Source of the DNA: Octopus sinensis
Lineage: Eukaryota
DNA: 64,000 nucleotides
Assembly: GCF_006345805.1 (NCBI RefSeq)
Contig: NC_042997.1
Span: 13,640,001 to 13,704,000 of the forward strand
Direction: 5' to 3'
The position numbers and the translations under genes are program-made. Below are positions 1-13,049 of the stretch, in pieces (position 1 is the first letter of the stretch; each line of letters begins with the position of its first letter). The notes under the pieces are model-generated. The model worked only from the letters and a program-made list of their open reading frames with translations, was not told where the DNA came from and did not search any database.

Positions 1-1394
1 CATCGAAGGATTATTATTTCTTATATAAACATATATCTACGTATGAAAGGTATCTCATAATTCTATCTATTAAACTCAATTCAGAAAATATTGCTTAACC
101 TGAGGCTACGTGTTCAAGAATCTGTGCAGTGGAAAGAAACCCTAATCCATGAGATTGCAACGTGCACTTCTTAACTAGAGTCTTTTATGCCTAACCTTAT
201 TTTCATCATATATTTCAGATATTTGTTTAACATTTTTTTAAATAAAATTTCTGAATATGATATCATATTAAATGGTGAATGGTGATACACTTCACAATAT
301 ATTAAATACGTAATTACGCCTCTAGATACTCTATCTGACAGCAACGCCTGGATACTATATATAAAATACATTCATTATCCAAGACACGTTACAAAGCTTT
401 CTTTTTATAATCTAGAAATAGGTTTATAGATATTCATTATACTAATATTACATAATGTTTCGCTGCGCAACAAAAGAAGCATTTCAAAGCAATAAAAATT
501 ACAAAACACTAATAATCATTCCTACTGTACTACATACGCACATGCATACACAAAATCATACATACTCACACATATATGCATAATTGTGACTGTGGTGTAT
601 AAATGTATTCATTATGAAAGAATATTGTTCCCAGTTGCTGGATAAGAAACTAAAATGCCATATTATTTATGCAGCATCATTATAAACTTAATGAGATGTA
701 TTCACCGAACACAATTCCCCACATTATATCACTGAGAAGTATAAGAATTTAGTAGAGTTTAACCTTCCTCGATTTCATATTAATCACAAACAATAAAAAA
801 AAAAGTAAACCTAACATTCTACAAAAGCCTCTACCACAGATAATACATCCCTAAAGTTAATAAATTTGCGAGACGCGTGCTGAATGCATGCTATGAGAAA
901 CTTTTACCCTTTGGCAGACCTTTAAAAGTAATTGTTCACCGAAGAAAAATGCTGCTTTAGTTAAACAATAGATACATCGTGATGTCTTTGAGGCACAATA
1001 AACAATAGAAGTGACCAAAGTGGATTATTAGACTTGTATGAGAGTCCAAGAGTAGTTGTATTAGGAAATGTGATTATATCACGATTTTTTTCACTAAATC
1101 TTATTTGATCGTGATGACAACGTGTGATCTAGACTTGGTAATTTATTGAATTATAGAAATATTTGTTAGTGCTTCAAGCAATTGGAAATGTGAAGAAAAA
1201 ACAAAAACAATATTCTCAGAACCTTTTGCAATTTTAATTATCATTCGAGATAGTGGATAGTTTGAAAATAATTTAGGATATTTAGAATAATTCCAATCGG
1301 AAGTCATTTAAATTTCTGTGAAAATTTCAAAAACATTTGGCATTAAGAAGTAGAAATTATACTCGAGGAAATATTACAGTTATATTTTAACTGT

Positions 1395-1590
1395 CTCTTT
1401 CACTATTTCATAGTCTCTCTCTTTCTTTCATTCTTTCTTTCTCTCTCCTTCTTTCCTTCTCTTGCTTTCTTTCTTTCTTTCTCTTTCCTTCTTTCCTTCT
1501 CTTGCTTTCTTTCTTTCTTCCGCTTTCTTTCTGTTTCTCTCTCCTCCCTGCCACCCTCTCTCTCAGTGAATCTCCTTTGTATTTCTCTGT
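1395..1590. repeat. Polypyrimidine (CT/CTTT) low-complexity tract
   Basis: Almost pure C/T on + with a repeated ttctttccttctcttgctttctttc unit; explains the E/R/K-rich ORFs 1403-1618. Confidence 0.85.
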
Positions 1591-2408
1591 CACTCAGTCT
1601 GGATGTGTGTATGTGCATGTGAGGTTGTAAGGAATGACAGACAGACAGAGAAACATGATTGACACAAAATGGCGGAAAGTATCATTTAACGCGTCTTTCC
1701 TCCTCATTACTTAGGGGCCCCCACGGACAGTAGCTTTCCGGAATTAATGACGAATCTGACTTTTCAACTCTTTGAACTTTATTCAGTACACACAATACTT
1801 CCACAAATTACACAACAATGACAACATTTAGAATTCTTGGGCTCCCTCACAAAATATATTGAAAATAGAGATGTGTTTTAGAATTTTAGTCACATATCGG
1901 ATGACGGGATTCTAGTAAAACTTCGATCGCTAAATAAATACACTGAGGAATTTTTAATTGGATAAGCACGATCTCCATTTACATGTGATTGTGTTAGGGA
2001 ATGTGTGTTCTTTCCAAATAATAGCTTTTGTTGTGAGAATAAAAAAAATAGAAACAAAATCAAGCAGGATATTTCTTTGAGAATGGAATGCTCTCGAACA
2101 TGATTATCGAAACGGGTCAGCGTAAGAACTACATGTCTGACTAAATTTGTGACACATGGTGTGGGCCGTCAGAAGTGGAAACAGTAAATAGTAGTGTTCA
2201 GGCGAAATACATAAGAACCTTCTATCAGTCAAAGGAAACTGCACTGATGTGTGTCAATCCATGTGAATAACATCATAAAACTTGAAAAGTATGATTTTTA
2301 AATACCTGTACACCCCCCGAAAACACAAGCAAACATACGCATACATACGTACATGCATACATATATACATACACACATATACACACACATATATATATAT
2401 GTATTATA

Positions 2409-2479
<71 letters not shown>

Positions 2480-2789
2480 ACAATTGAGGGTAAAATTAAT
2501 TAAACAATTTCACCAAGTGTTCAGTATGTAAAAGGACCATTTAAGGCGAATTCAAAATATTACATTATATAATTATATAATTAGGGCTTAGTAAAATAAA
2601 TTACTTTGCCACATACTGAACTTAGTAGAAATAGCAGCCCAAAAAATTTTTTTAACCGTTTCTACTACTTAAAGAAAATTTCTCTCAGATAATGTTTACT
2701 CCAGACAGCTCACGAAGGTTTGGAGGTAAATACAGAAAAATATCACAAGTACATAGATCGTTTGATATATAATGTAATATTTTATATAT

Positions 2790-2831
<42 letters not shown>

Positions 2832-2864
2832 AGTCGCCATGCTTGATTGCTAAATCCACAAGTT

Positions 2865-3003
2865 TTTTCTCTCTCTGTTTATTTTCTCTTATTCCTTTCT
2901 GTTGAAGAGCGTAGGCTCGAAACGTAAAAGACTTTCTCACTTCCCGGGAGTCAGACTAATACACTTGCTTTTGTTCGTCTTTTCTTTTCCTGTAAATTTC
3001 AAC
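2865..3003 (+). mobile_element. Penelope-like pseudo-LTR remnant, family F1
   Basis: (TA)n-flanked; shares gaagagc-gtag-gctcgaaacgt and the downstream ttcccg..ag...actaataca block with 37030-37190 and 5255-5340, and the motif with 55255-55455. Confidence 0.5.
2895..2930 (+). ncRNA. Minimal type-I hammerhead motif (F1), core variant A6U
   Basis: cttt-CUGUUGA-A-GAGC(guag)GCUC-GAAA-CG-UA-aaag: stem I cttt/aaag, stem II GAGC/GCUC, palindromic ACGU stem III. Confidence 0.5.
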
Positions 3004-3020
3004 TATATAATATATACTTA

Positions 3021-3112
<92 letters not shown>

Positions 3113-3540
3113 GCTAATCTATATTTGACATTCTAAGTTTGAGGTATATATGCTAATGTATATTTATAACTTTGATTCCTAATTTTGTATAGTTTATTAT
3201 TAAATTTTTATTTATAATTTAACGCTTAATTTTTATGGTGATTTGAAATAACTGAACAATTAATTTGAAAAATGAATCTGAAAAAGGTTTGGTAGAATTA
3301 TATATCTGCTGATTACATATATTCTGATCTTCCAATACAGAAAAACATGTTCCTTTCTAATTATAATTTTAACTCAAGTACGGGCTAATTAAGGTAATAA
3401 TAGTTTATACCATGCTACTGTACTGGTTTTATCCTCAAGTATTATTTCTTGAAGTGCATATAAATACCAAGAGTTTTCCATCAAAAATACTCGTTATATA
3501 TATATATATATGTATATATATATGTATGCATATATGTATG

Positions 3541-3584
<44 letters not shown>

Positions 3585-3758
3585 TACATACATATATAAT
3601 ATATATATACATACATATATATATACATTCATATATGCATACATATATACATACATACATACATATATAAACACATACATATATATATACATATATATAT
3701 ATATATTATATATATATATATATATACATACATACCTACATACATACATCTATATCTA

Positions 3759-3808
<50 letters not shown>

Positions 3809-3811
<3 letters not shown>

Positions 3812-4385
3812 TTGGAGGCGGCGGAGTTCCATTGTGTGTCCCATAATCTATTTGGTTTCTTCTTGAACACTTCTTTCCCCTGTACGTGTTTTTTGCCTCT
3901 GATTACTAATGCTGATGAGACCGATTCTTGCATGAAAGAGTCTGTTCACGTGGGATCCGTGGTGGGGGTTTTTGTTGCTACAGCCTCCATTTTCTTTCCT
4001 GTCGTTTCTCTTCCTTTACCTCTGTCGTTCAGCTTCGAAATGATTTTTCACAGTGGACATGGAATAATGCCAGCCGGACCTATCTGAGCTTCAATATCCT
4101 AGGCTTTGGGATCGATTCCATCAGTTTTATACTTAGCTTCAGCTGATACTTGTATTGACGGAGGGGAAGTCTACGGAGTTTTCTTCCAGTGGAATGTTCA
4201 CCATATAAAATTTGATACGGCAACCTGGTTTCTTTCATTGTTGCTACATGGTATCCTCGATGCTGCTACTTTTCGTTCTGTACAAAACGGAGACACTCGG
4301 TTTGGCCTAAAATCAATATCAAAAAGGCAAAATTCTCGCTCAACCCGTTGTAAGTCAGGAAACTCCAGATCTCAACATTACCAGC
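3809..4385 (-). mobile_element. RTE-clade LINE 3' fragment (degenerate)
   Basis: Minus-strand translation HVATMKETRLPYQILYGEHSTGR ... DIEAQDRSSW ... [11 protein letters not shown], typical of the RTE ORF C-terminus; 3' tail abuts (TA)n. Confidence 0.8.
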
Positions 4386-4650
4386 TTGGAGACGCCACTG
4401 GAGAAATTTAAATTCCTTTCATACTTAGGAAGTTTACTTTCGAATAAGTGCACATCAGAAGAGGACGTGGAGAACCTATTAAGAGTGGCTCACACCGCGT
4501 TTGGTGGACGCGCAAAAAGAGTCTTTAAGAACAAAGATCTAAACCACAAAACAAAATTGAGTGTCTGCGAAGCAGTCGCGGTGAGGTCATATAACTAGAC
4601 CGGTTTCACCAACAGAAGCTCCACTCTATTATGGCTATTAAATGGAACGA
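4386..4650 (+). mobile_element. RTE-clade LINE RT-region fragment, inverted relative to the adjacent piece
   Basis: ORF 4386-4598: LEKFKFLSYLGSLLSNKCTSEEDVENLLRVAHTAFG...VFKNKDLNHKTKLSVCEAV; a frameshifted STLL-G--W remnant at about 4620-4650. Confidence 0.8.
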
Positions 4651-4659
4651 CTATATATA

Positions 4660-4698
<39 letters not shown>

Positions 4699-5199
4699 TG
4701 CTGCATTTATTTCTAAATGTAGTATCTGTTTCCGTGAAAGTTGGCGGGCTGTTGGTAAGGGCATTTGAATTATAACGGCGGATATAATCGACTGAACCAC
4801 ACGTGTATTTATCGTTATGGTAAAATCTGGCGTGCGATTGAGTAGATTGTGTTCAGATAGTTTTGGCTGAGGAGCTACAAGTGAATTAATGTGAGTAAAA
4901 TTACATTTAATTCAGTAATAGCGAAACAATTGTCCCAAAATAATCTGCATTTTTGTTATTTTTATTTGCCCTGTTCGTTTGAGCTAACAATCGTGCTGAC
5001 TTTCATGGGAAACATTTATTTTGTGGTTGAAACCTATTGGATCTATTTCTAGTGCAAGAGTGAGCCACATAGTGACCACTCTCTTATATTTATTTATGTA
5101 TAAAATGTTATAATAATCCAGGTTTATTTGTGCACTGGGCCACTTGGTGTTGAATAGGGATACTATTAAATTAGTATCTAATTCTCTCACCCTTATTAA

Positions 5200-5231
<32 letters not shown>

Positions 5232-5254
5232 GCATATATAGACTTTTTCAATTC

Positions 5255-5340
5255 CCGAGCATTATACTAATACATCTGTTTGTTTTTTACACCACCTGCC
5301 TTCGTCTTTTGTTTTCTTTTTCGTGAATTCTCCCCCTATA
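5255..5340 (+). mobile_element. F1 pseudo-LTR downstream remnant
   Basis: ttcccgagcattatactaatacatctgtttg...cttcgtcttttg matches 37100-37190. Confidence 0.5.
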
Positions 5341-5429
5341 TATGCATATACAAATATAGATGTAGATATATGATATACAAATAGAGAGGCACAAAGTCGG
5401 ACAACGATTCTTCTTTCTCGCCACCATTC

Positions 5430-5550
5430 ATTTCTACTAAACACAGAAAACCTGATTATAGCCAGCCCAGTTATCGGTTGGAACTTATTTATCGACCCAA
5501 CAAAGATGAATGTTAGAGTGGACATCGACGGAACTTAATCTCCGAACATA
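5430..5550 (-). mobile_element. Diverged SINE family B copy
   Basis: acttatttatcgaccc...aagatgaat...tcgac..ggaacttaatctccgaac resembles the reverse complement of the family B body. Confidence 0.4.
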
Positions 5551-5971
5551 GAGTCTGACTAAATGCCTCTGAGCATAACAGATTACTGCCTAACATTCAG
5601 AAGACCTCAAATCAGAAGCGTGTACTATGCGGGAATAACTACTGGATGTATACAAGACTGTTCTGCGTCACAGCGCCATACGTATTGGTATTTTATGCTT
5701 GTTAGGAAACGGAACTCACGTTTATATACATAGCTGTTCACGATGGATTAAATGTCTTTGTGTGAAGGCATATATTTGAAACTGTAGTTATGTCTGTATA
5801 GATTTCACTCTGCGTGGGTATGAGCATAAGCATGTCACATGTTGCATGCCGTCGCGCATTCATATACATAGCAGTGTCTATATTACTCAGATAAATTTGG
5901 GTTTATGGTGGTATGTATGACTATGTGTGAGCGGTTGCGTGCGTGAGTTTTGCACTTGTCTAGTAGATGTA

Positions 5972-6526
5972 CAGGGTCAGGCAAAATGATCTGACACATT
6001 TGTAGGTTAAATAAAAGGCAAATGAAGTAAAGAAACAAAAAAGTGTTTTTATTTTTGAAAAGTACATATAATGCTATTTTGTTTCATTATGTTTTAAAAA
6101 TTAAATCAGTCAAATGGGATCCATTATTGTCCACACACTGTCGAAGGCGTTCACGAAAGTTGTCAATAACTCGGCGGGTCATTTCATGTGGAATGGCAGT
6201 AATTTCTTGACGAATTGCATCTTTAAGTTCTGGCGGTGCGAGGCCGGCCGGTTGATTTTCGTTTCAATGCAGATCCAGTAGCTCTGAAGTTGGTAACCCA
6301 TAACAAGATCGTGCTTCGAGCTGGTACGGGATCATGTCTACCAAGATTGAAGTGCAAACGGAACGCTCTTTGTGTTGCAGTTACAGAATCGTTTGTTTTG
6401 ATAAACGGTTCCACAATGAAAGCGCGATGCTCACCAGTTCAATTCATGGCAGCAACTGAAAAAGAAACGAAAAACAATGCCTTTTATTTAACCTACAAAT
6501 GTGTCAGATCATTTTGCCTGACTCTG
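5972..6526 (-). mobile_element. Internally deleted Tc1/mariner element (555 bp) with 49-bp TIRs and TA TSD
   Basis: TIRs 5972-6020 and 6478-6526 differ by 1 base; TA at 5970-5971 and 6527-6528. The N-terminal HTH (MN*TGEHRAFIVEPFIKTNDSVTATQRAFRLHF...TGRPRTA) is joined out of frame to the C-terminus (ELKDAIRQEITAIPHEMTRRVIDNFRERLRQCVDNNGSHLTDLIFKT*). Confidence 0.92.
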
Positions 6527-6828
6527 TATAAGCATGAAGCATTATGGTAATAACGGGCGTTTAAGCATATATATTACTGCAGGTATATGCTTTAACGTGG
6601 CAATATGTATGATTGTGAGTACATGTAGATGCATGTGAGTATGTGCGTCGTGTGTATGTAATGAATGTATACAACTATGACGGTGTTCTTTTAAATTTTG
6701 TCGATCGGGCAGGTTTTCTTATATGTGAGGCTGTGTACATCCAATGCATCCTTGGTTAGTTTATGAGTTAATAATATAACATGTATATATATATATATGC
6801 GTGTGTGAGTGTCTGTGTGTATGTGTAT

Positions 6829-6878
<50 letters not shown>

Positions 6879-6945
6879 TATACATATACATATGTATATA
6901 CATATATATATATATATGTATATACATATACATATGTATATACAT

Positions 6946-6999
<54 letters not shown>

Positions 7000-7696
7000 C
7001 AGACATATATATATACACACATACATATATATATACGCATTTATATGTATATATGAATACTCAGCAATGTATATATAATGAGAGAGAGACACACTCACAC
7101 AAACAGACTGAGAGACAGTGATTGAATTATTGAGTCAGTGAGGGAGTGAGTAAGTGAGTAAGTGAGTGAGTGAGTGAGGGCTGGCTATATATCATACTAA
7201 ATGCCGATGTTTCGTGCAATGCCTGCTAAAGTGTAGTATTCATCTAGAGAAAGACATATAAGGCTTTAAGACATAGACATATAAGGCGTTAAATATTGCA
7301 GAATTATATTGGCAGTAGAGGAAAACGGCACAGAAGCGACAGCGACATTTTCTAAATACGTACTTCTGTCTCTTTGAATTTCATCAGTAACAATTATCCT
7401 CTGGCACCGCATACTAAAAGAAAACTGGTCGCCACTGTTAGTTAGTAATTAAAAAACCGCAGATGTCGCAAATAGCCGGTAGGCAGAATGAAAATTTGTC
7501 ATTTGCATTGGAAGGAATATTAGTTGAAATTGGCAATTTGTGATGCGTTGTCGTGGTGATACATGCTATTGACAAAGCGCAAGGTGGAAGAAATACATTT
7601 CAGCAATGCTACCACTGCCAGTCGGCGATATTACTCTTTTGAACTAATGTTGCTTCCGTTGCTAATGACGAATACATAAACTAATATATATATATA

Positions 7697-7766
<70 letters not shown>

Positions 7767-7793
7767 GATATATATATATATATATATATATAG

Positions 7794-7875
<82 letters not shown>

Positions 7876-7916
7876 TATATATATATATTATATATATATA
7901 TATTATATATATATAT

Positions 7917-8000
7917 ACCGGAGTAAACACATAAATGTGAAACAAGGTGGAAAAAGAGTACTCAAATACCAGTGGTAGAGTAATATGCTTTAAATAAAGT
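7917..8000 (-). mobile_element. Penelope-like pseudo-LTR remnant, family F5
   Basis: Near-identical to 53434-53515 (ccggagtaaacacataaatgtgaaacaagg...gagtaatatgcttt); embedded in (TA)n. Confidence 0.6.
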
Positions 8001-8007
8001 ATATATG

Positions 8008-8058
<51 letters not shown>

Positions 8059-8071
8059 CACACACAGAAAC

Positions 8072-8104
<33 letters not shown>

Positions 8105-8849
8105 GTATATATATCAAAGTAATTATGGTATTGGTAGTTGTGTGTCGGAGATATGAAAGTGTCAATCTTTGTTTAAACACGTATCCTTGTATGATTCATT
8201 TTACTTTGGGAAGGCAAGCAGTGTATATGAGCCATCAAATGGTTTCCGACACTAGTGGAAGTGAGACAAGAACACATCGCTAAACTGGAAATCGAGCACA
8301 AATGCTTGCAACATAGTGAAATCCGCTAAAGGAATACAAGGTGTAGGACAATGGTGTGAAACACAGACAAGGGTCAAGTTTGTCGTTTAAGTAGGCCATG
8401 GAGGGATTTGAAATCAGAACGCGGCGAGCCGTAACGTATGCTACACTCTGTTCAACGTGGTTACTGTTGCGCCAATTTACTGACTTGTAACTCTGAAGTG
8501 ATAAAACCCCAAATTGACTTCAGCAAGATTAGAAATCAAAACATAGGGAGACGGAACATTCTGTCCAACGTTCTAGTAAGTCGGCCAACTCGTCACCAGT
8601 GTTAATTCCTGTATACAAGATTGAGCCATATAATACGCGTTTGTGCGTAAGAAGTATTCAGAAAGAAAATGCTTGTAGCCGTGTGTATATGTGTCTGTGT
8701 GACCGTATGAATTCATCCATGTTTGAGAGAATGCATCATTTTCTCTTTCAGCGTATACGTTATGTAGGAGTAATAGATATTTCTCAAAAATGTGTGTTCA
8801 CGTCTGCGTTCCTTTGTCTACAGTGCAAATTCAAAGCTGTATTATAGGT

Positions 8850-9010
8850 TGCTCAAAAGTTTCTAGTCTTAAAGGTGTCGCAAAAGGCCTTGCTGAAGGC
8901 CCAATATTCCGAGTTCACAGGCCTTCGAGAAAACTGAAGGAGCGCTGCAATAAGTGTGTAAATCTGAGTGAGGAATATATTGAATAAAATCATAATTAAT
9001 TGATCTTCCA
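8850..9010 (+). mobile_element. Mariner transposase C-terminal remnant
   Basis: KLKERCNKCVNLSEEYIE* resembles the mariner C-terminal RW-KC----G-Y-E* motif. Confidence 0.6.
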
Positions 9011-9116
9011 GTGTCTTGTTACACAAAGCCAAGAAGATTTCAGCACCCGCCTCATATGCGTGTACTTGTGTGCAGAAGTGTTTTGTTTGCGTATATAAAC
9101 ATACATAACGTATGTC

Positions 9117-9325
9117 TGTACAGGTACAACAGAAACAGGAAGTAAGAGTGAGAGAAAGTTGTGATGAAAGAGTACAGCAGGGATCACCACCATCCCCTGC
9201 CGGAGCCTCGTGGAGCTTTAGATGTATTCGCTCAATAAACACTCACAACGCCCGGTCTGGGAATCGAAACCGCGATCCTATGACCGCGAGTCCGCTGCCC
9301 TAACCACTGGGCCATTGCGCCTCCA
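9117..9325 (-). mobile_element. tRNA-derived SINE family D, 5' part
   Basis: Minus strand has A box tggcccagtgg and B box gtttcgattccc; homologous to 54005-54300. Confidence 0.85.
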
Positions 9326-9737
9326 CAATGTTCTATAATATATTATATTGTATAACAATGTTCTATAATGTATTATGTTATACAATAATGAAGTATGATA
9401 TCCTATAATATTGTATATTGTTGTAATGTACTTGGATAAATTTTTACGCTATGTTCCTTATTGTAAGAAAAAAAATTTCATTAAAGACTCAGCAGACCAA
9501 GACCGTGGATATGACAATATCTAAGGATTTAATTTTCCCACTACATGGTACCGGTTTATGTCTCGATGTGTAACATCTTAGGCGAATGCCTTCTCTCTCA
9601 TAGCCTTGGATTGAACAAGATTGTGTGAATCAATACGGTATTAGCTGATTGATAAACTGAATTTTCTGCCCATGACAATATGTGGAAATTACTGAGAATT
9701 CTATGCATGCACGCACGCACGCAGGCAACCACGCAGG

Positions 9738-9768
<31 letters not shown>

Positions 9769-10052
9769 AACACACACACGCACACATACATGTATACACA
9801 CATACATACATACATACATGCGTACACACTGTCACACCCACTGACGTACACGCACGGACACACACACTCACACACACACACAAGCATGCACGCACACACA
9901 CACATATGCATAAATATATATATACAAAGAGAGAGGGAAATTCATACATATTTGTACACAGGCACATGTAACCAAGTACAAGGATATGCTTATATGTGTG
10001 AATGTCTGTGTATCTGTGTGTATTTGTGTGTATGCATGTGTATACGTGTATA

Positions 10053-10091
<39 letters not shown>

Positions 10092-10203
10092 GTGTGTGTG
10101 TGCGTGCGTGTGCATGCGTGTAGCATGTATACCACCGAAGGGTGTAAACATTGGCGAGAAAACCGAAAAGTACTTTTGAAACAGATTATCTTACTATAGT
10201 TGT

Positions 10204-10422
10204 TTACTCTTTTACTTCTTTCAGTCATGTGACTGTGGCCATGCTGAAGCACCGCCTTTAGTCGAGAAAATCGACCCAGGACTTATTCTTTGTAAGCCTA
10301 GTACTTGTTCTATCAGTCTCTTTTGCCGAACCGCTCAATTACGGGGACGTAAGCAAACCAGCATCTGTTGTCAAGCGAGGGGACAAACACAGACACACAC
10401 ACACACACACACACAACACACA

Positions 10423-10482
<60 letters not shown>

Positions 10483-10653
10483 CATATATACGACGGACCT
10501 CTTTCTGTTTCCATCTACCAAATCCATTCACAAGTGCTTGGTCGGCCCGAGGCTATAGTAGAAGACACTTGCCCAAGATGCCACGCAGTGTGACTGAACC
10601 CGGAACCATGAGGTTGGTAAGCAAGCTACTTACCACACAGCCACTCCTACGCC
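10204..10653 (-). mobile_element. tRNA-derived SINE family A, near full length
   Basis: Homologous to the + copies at 46206 and 47203: A box, B box, central (TA/TG) microsatellite, taaaagag tail. Confidence 0.9.
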
Positions 10654-10679
10654 ATTGTTCCTCAATGATTTATAAATAC

Positions 10680-10882
10680 CCACATGGCCTTTCTCTGTCA
10701 ATGAACCATGGACTGGAACATTGAAAACCTGGAACCAATGCTGAACTTGCACACTTCTTTTTGTACAGTGATCGATAATATATGCAATGTAGTTTATAAA
10801 AAGAAGAAAAATATTCCTGACAAACTTTTCCTTATACTTGAAATCATATATGAAATGCAGGGTCCACGAAACAAATGGAATT
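10680..10882 (-). CDS. Candidate coding exon (unknown protein)
   Basis: Acceptor gtgcttttaacttctag|, 67 open codons (IPFVSWTLHFIYDFKYKEKFVRNIF...GSLTEKGHV), weak donor G|GTATTT; no homology recognised. Confidence 0.2.
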
Positions 10883-11186
10883 CTAGAAGTTAAAAGCACT
10901 TTAAATACATTGAACATTATTAGAATTGTTTCTGCGCCTACCATAAAACAACATTTGCTGCTGCTACTACTGTTAGTGTATGTGTGTGTGCTACTGTCTC
11001 TGCACTGACTTGTTTCAGAAAGCTATTTCTTTATAATAATAATAATAATAATAATAATAAGTGGTTGATACTAAACTACTTATTAGCTTTACAAATTGAC
11101 AATGGAAATTGCCGAGAAGTTATAAAATATATAGCAACTCAATGAGAAAATAAATTCAAGAACAAAAAGCAAGTAATATTCAACTC

Positions 11187-11350
11187 TTAAAGACATCTCC
11201 TTTTAGATAATACATATAATATTGCTTTAAAATCCGGTTGTTCTGCACATTTCGGAGTATATAGCCTTGGGATTAGAAATTCTTTACTTGCTAAATTTAC
11301 GCCTTCATATTTGCGTAAAAGCTGTCTTTTTACCAAGCGAAAATATATTT
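11187..11350 (-). CDS. Candidate terminal coding exon (unknown protein)
   Basis: Acceptor ttccgtttttattag|, phase 1, open to TAA at 11189-11187: (E)IYFRLVKRQLLRKYEGVNLASKEFLIPRLYTPKCAEQPDFKAILYVLSKRRCL*; in phase with the donor at 12369. Confidence 0.3.
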
Positions 11351-12368
11351 CTAATAAAAACGGAAGGCTATCCGAATGGTATGTCTTAATTCGACATTTG
11401 GAACTAATTATATAGTTTAACGATTTGAAATTTCAATATTAATAATACGTTTGCGTTTAACACCTTCTCAGAACTTAATATATGTAATTTTCCTATCTTA
11501 TTTAGCTGCTGGTCGCATCTCAAGTGTGATTCACTACAACGCTACCTATTTTCGTCTTCTATTATAAAAGACGTGCAAATTAAATCTATATTTTATTATT
11601 TTGGTACATACATGTACACAAGTGTGTTTATGACTACTTAAATCGTTATGAAATTGTCGTAGATTTTCCCTCAAGATAATTATGTGTTTGTTTTTCATAT
11701 TATCAAATACATTTTCTTTCAATTAAAAGCCCATTCATTAATATTATTTTGAAAGTAATAATATTTTATTTGTTATGTTAGGATATATAGCAGGCATTTG
11801 AGACTTAAAAGAAAATATTTTCCTTCAGGTCTTACTTTAATTTTTTCTGTGCCTTTTGTCATGTAACTTGAAAGTGTAATACAGACATAGGGATAGATTC
11901 CTCCGTGTGAACAACATATTTGATTAAACGAAGAACAGAAATGGGTACTTTAGATGTTTGATTACTGAACACATATAGAATAAAACTGAATGTTAGATTG
12001 AAACGAATACGCAAAATTACTCTCATAATTTTTTAATAATATGTTTCATATTTTTCGTAACTAGTTATCATCTTAATATATGATTTGCCTAATCATTAAT
12101 TTTGTTACAAAACAATAACTTGCGGTAGTTTCAATTTAAAAAGCCTTATTAAAATTAAAATTTCTGGTCTCATATCACAGATCATGTATTTTAGAAAAAT
12201 CTCAAGAAGGTATTTAGTTTAAGATCTTTATTTAATATAGTTACCTCTTGTTTCTGTCAAATTCAGTCGAGATCTTATTTATATTATACATTTGAAAAAC
12301 TTGCGTGACATTATCTAAGATCCTAAATAATACCAGTAATACATAAAATGTGAACCGATACGCCTTAC

Positions 12369-12485
12369 CTGCTAAACGTTGCAGCGATACCTCTTTGAAA
12401 TCACATATTACTCTCATGGTAAAATAGAAGCTCGCATTGAAACCGTTTGGATATCTCTAATCATCAGACTTCTCAAACAGACTTC
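12369..12485 (-). CDS. Candidate 117-nt phase 1-1 exon with one in-frame TAG
   Basis: Acceptor ttttattgtggaactctctag|G and strong donor CAG|GTAAGG; (G)SLFEKSDD*RYPNGFNASFYFTMRVICDFKEVSLQRLA. Confidence 0.3.
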
Positions 12486-12912
12486 CTAGAGAGTTCCACA
12501 ATAAAATCATACCTTCCAGTTTAGTTATGCTTTTGTACTTATTTTTGTACTTAGTTACAATTTTTGTACTTATTTTCATAATTTCTTATCTTGTGACATT
12601 AATTCTGAAGGGTTCGTTCCTTTTCACAATTTATCAAAGATGAAATGAAAGTATTAATAGCAAATGTCCTTATCTTTATGTATAATTCAAATAATTTTTA
12701 TTTGCCGGACCACAGACCATATTTTTGAATACTCTAGCATGTTTTCGTATCTAAAGATGTTATATATATGCATATATGTTTGTATGTATGTATGTATATA
12801 CCATGTATAAATTACATATAGAAAGATTAAATATAAGATAAGTTTGGAATAATATTCCATCATATTATTATGTATATATATATACCCTACAACTCCACTT
12901 TGTTATATATAT

Positions 12913-13030
<118 letters not shown>

Positions 13031-13049
13031 TGTATGTATGTATGTATGT

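Noticed and set aside
1665-1682. caaaatggcggaaagt, a YY1/ETS-like promoter motif
   Set aside because: A single short motif; the ATG frame stops after 6 codons and there is no other promoter evidence.
3912-3942. CUGAUGA...GAAA...UC hammerhead-like string
   Set aside because: Stem II cannot pair, and it lies antisense within RTE coding sequence.
9270-9325. tRNA-like heads (A/B boxes) here and in other SINEs
   Set aside because: They continue into SINE bodies and tails and are multi-copy; not tRNA genes.
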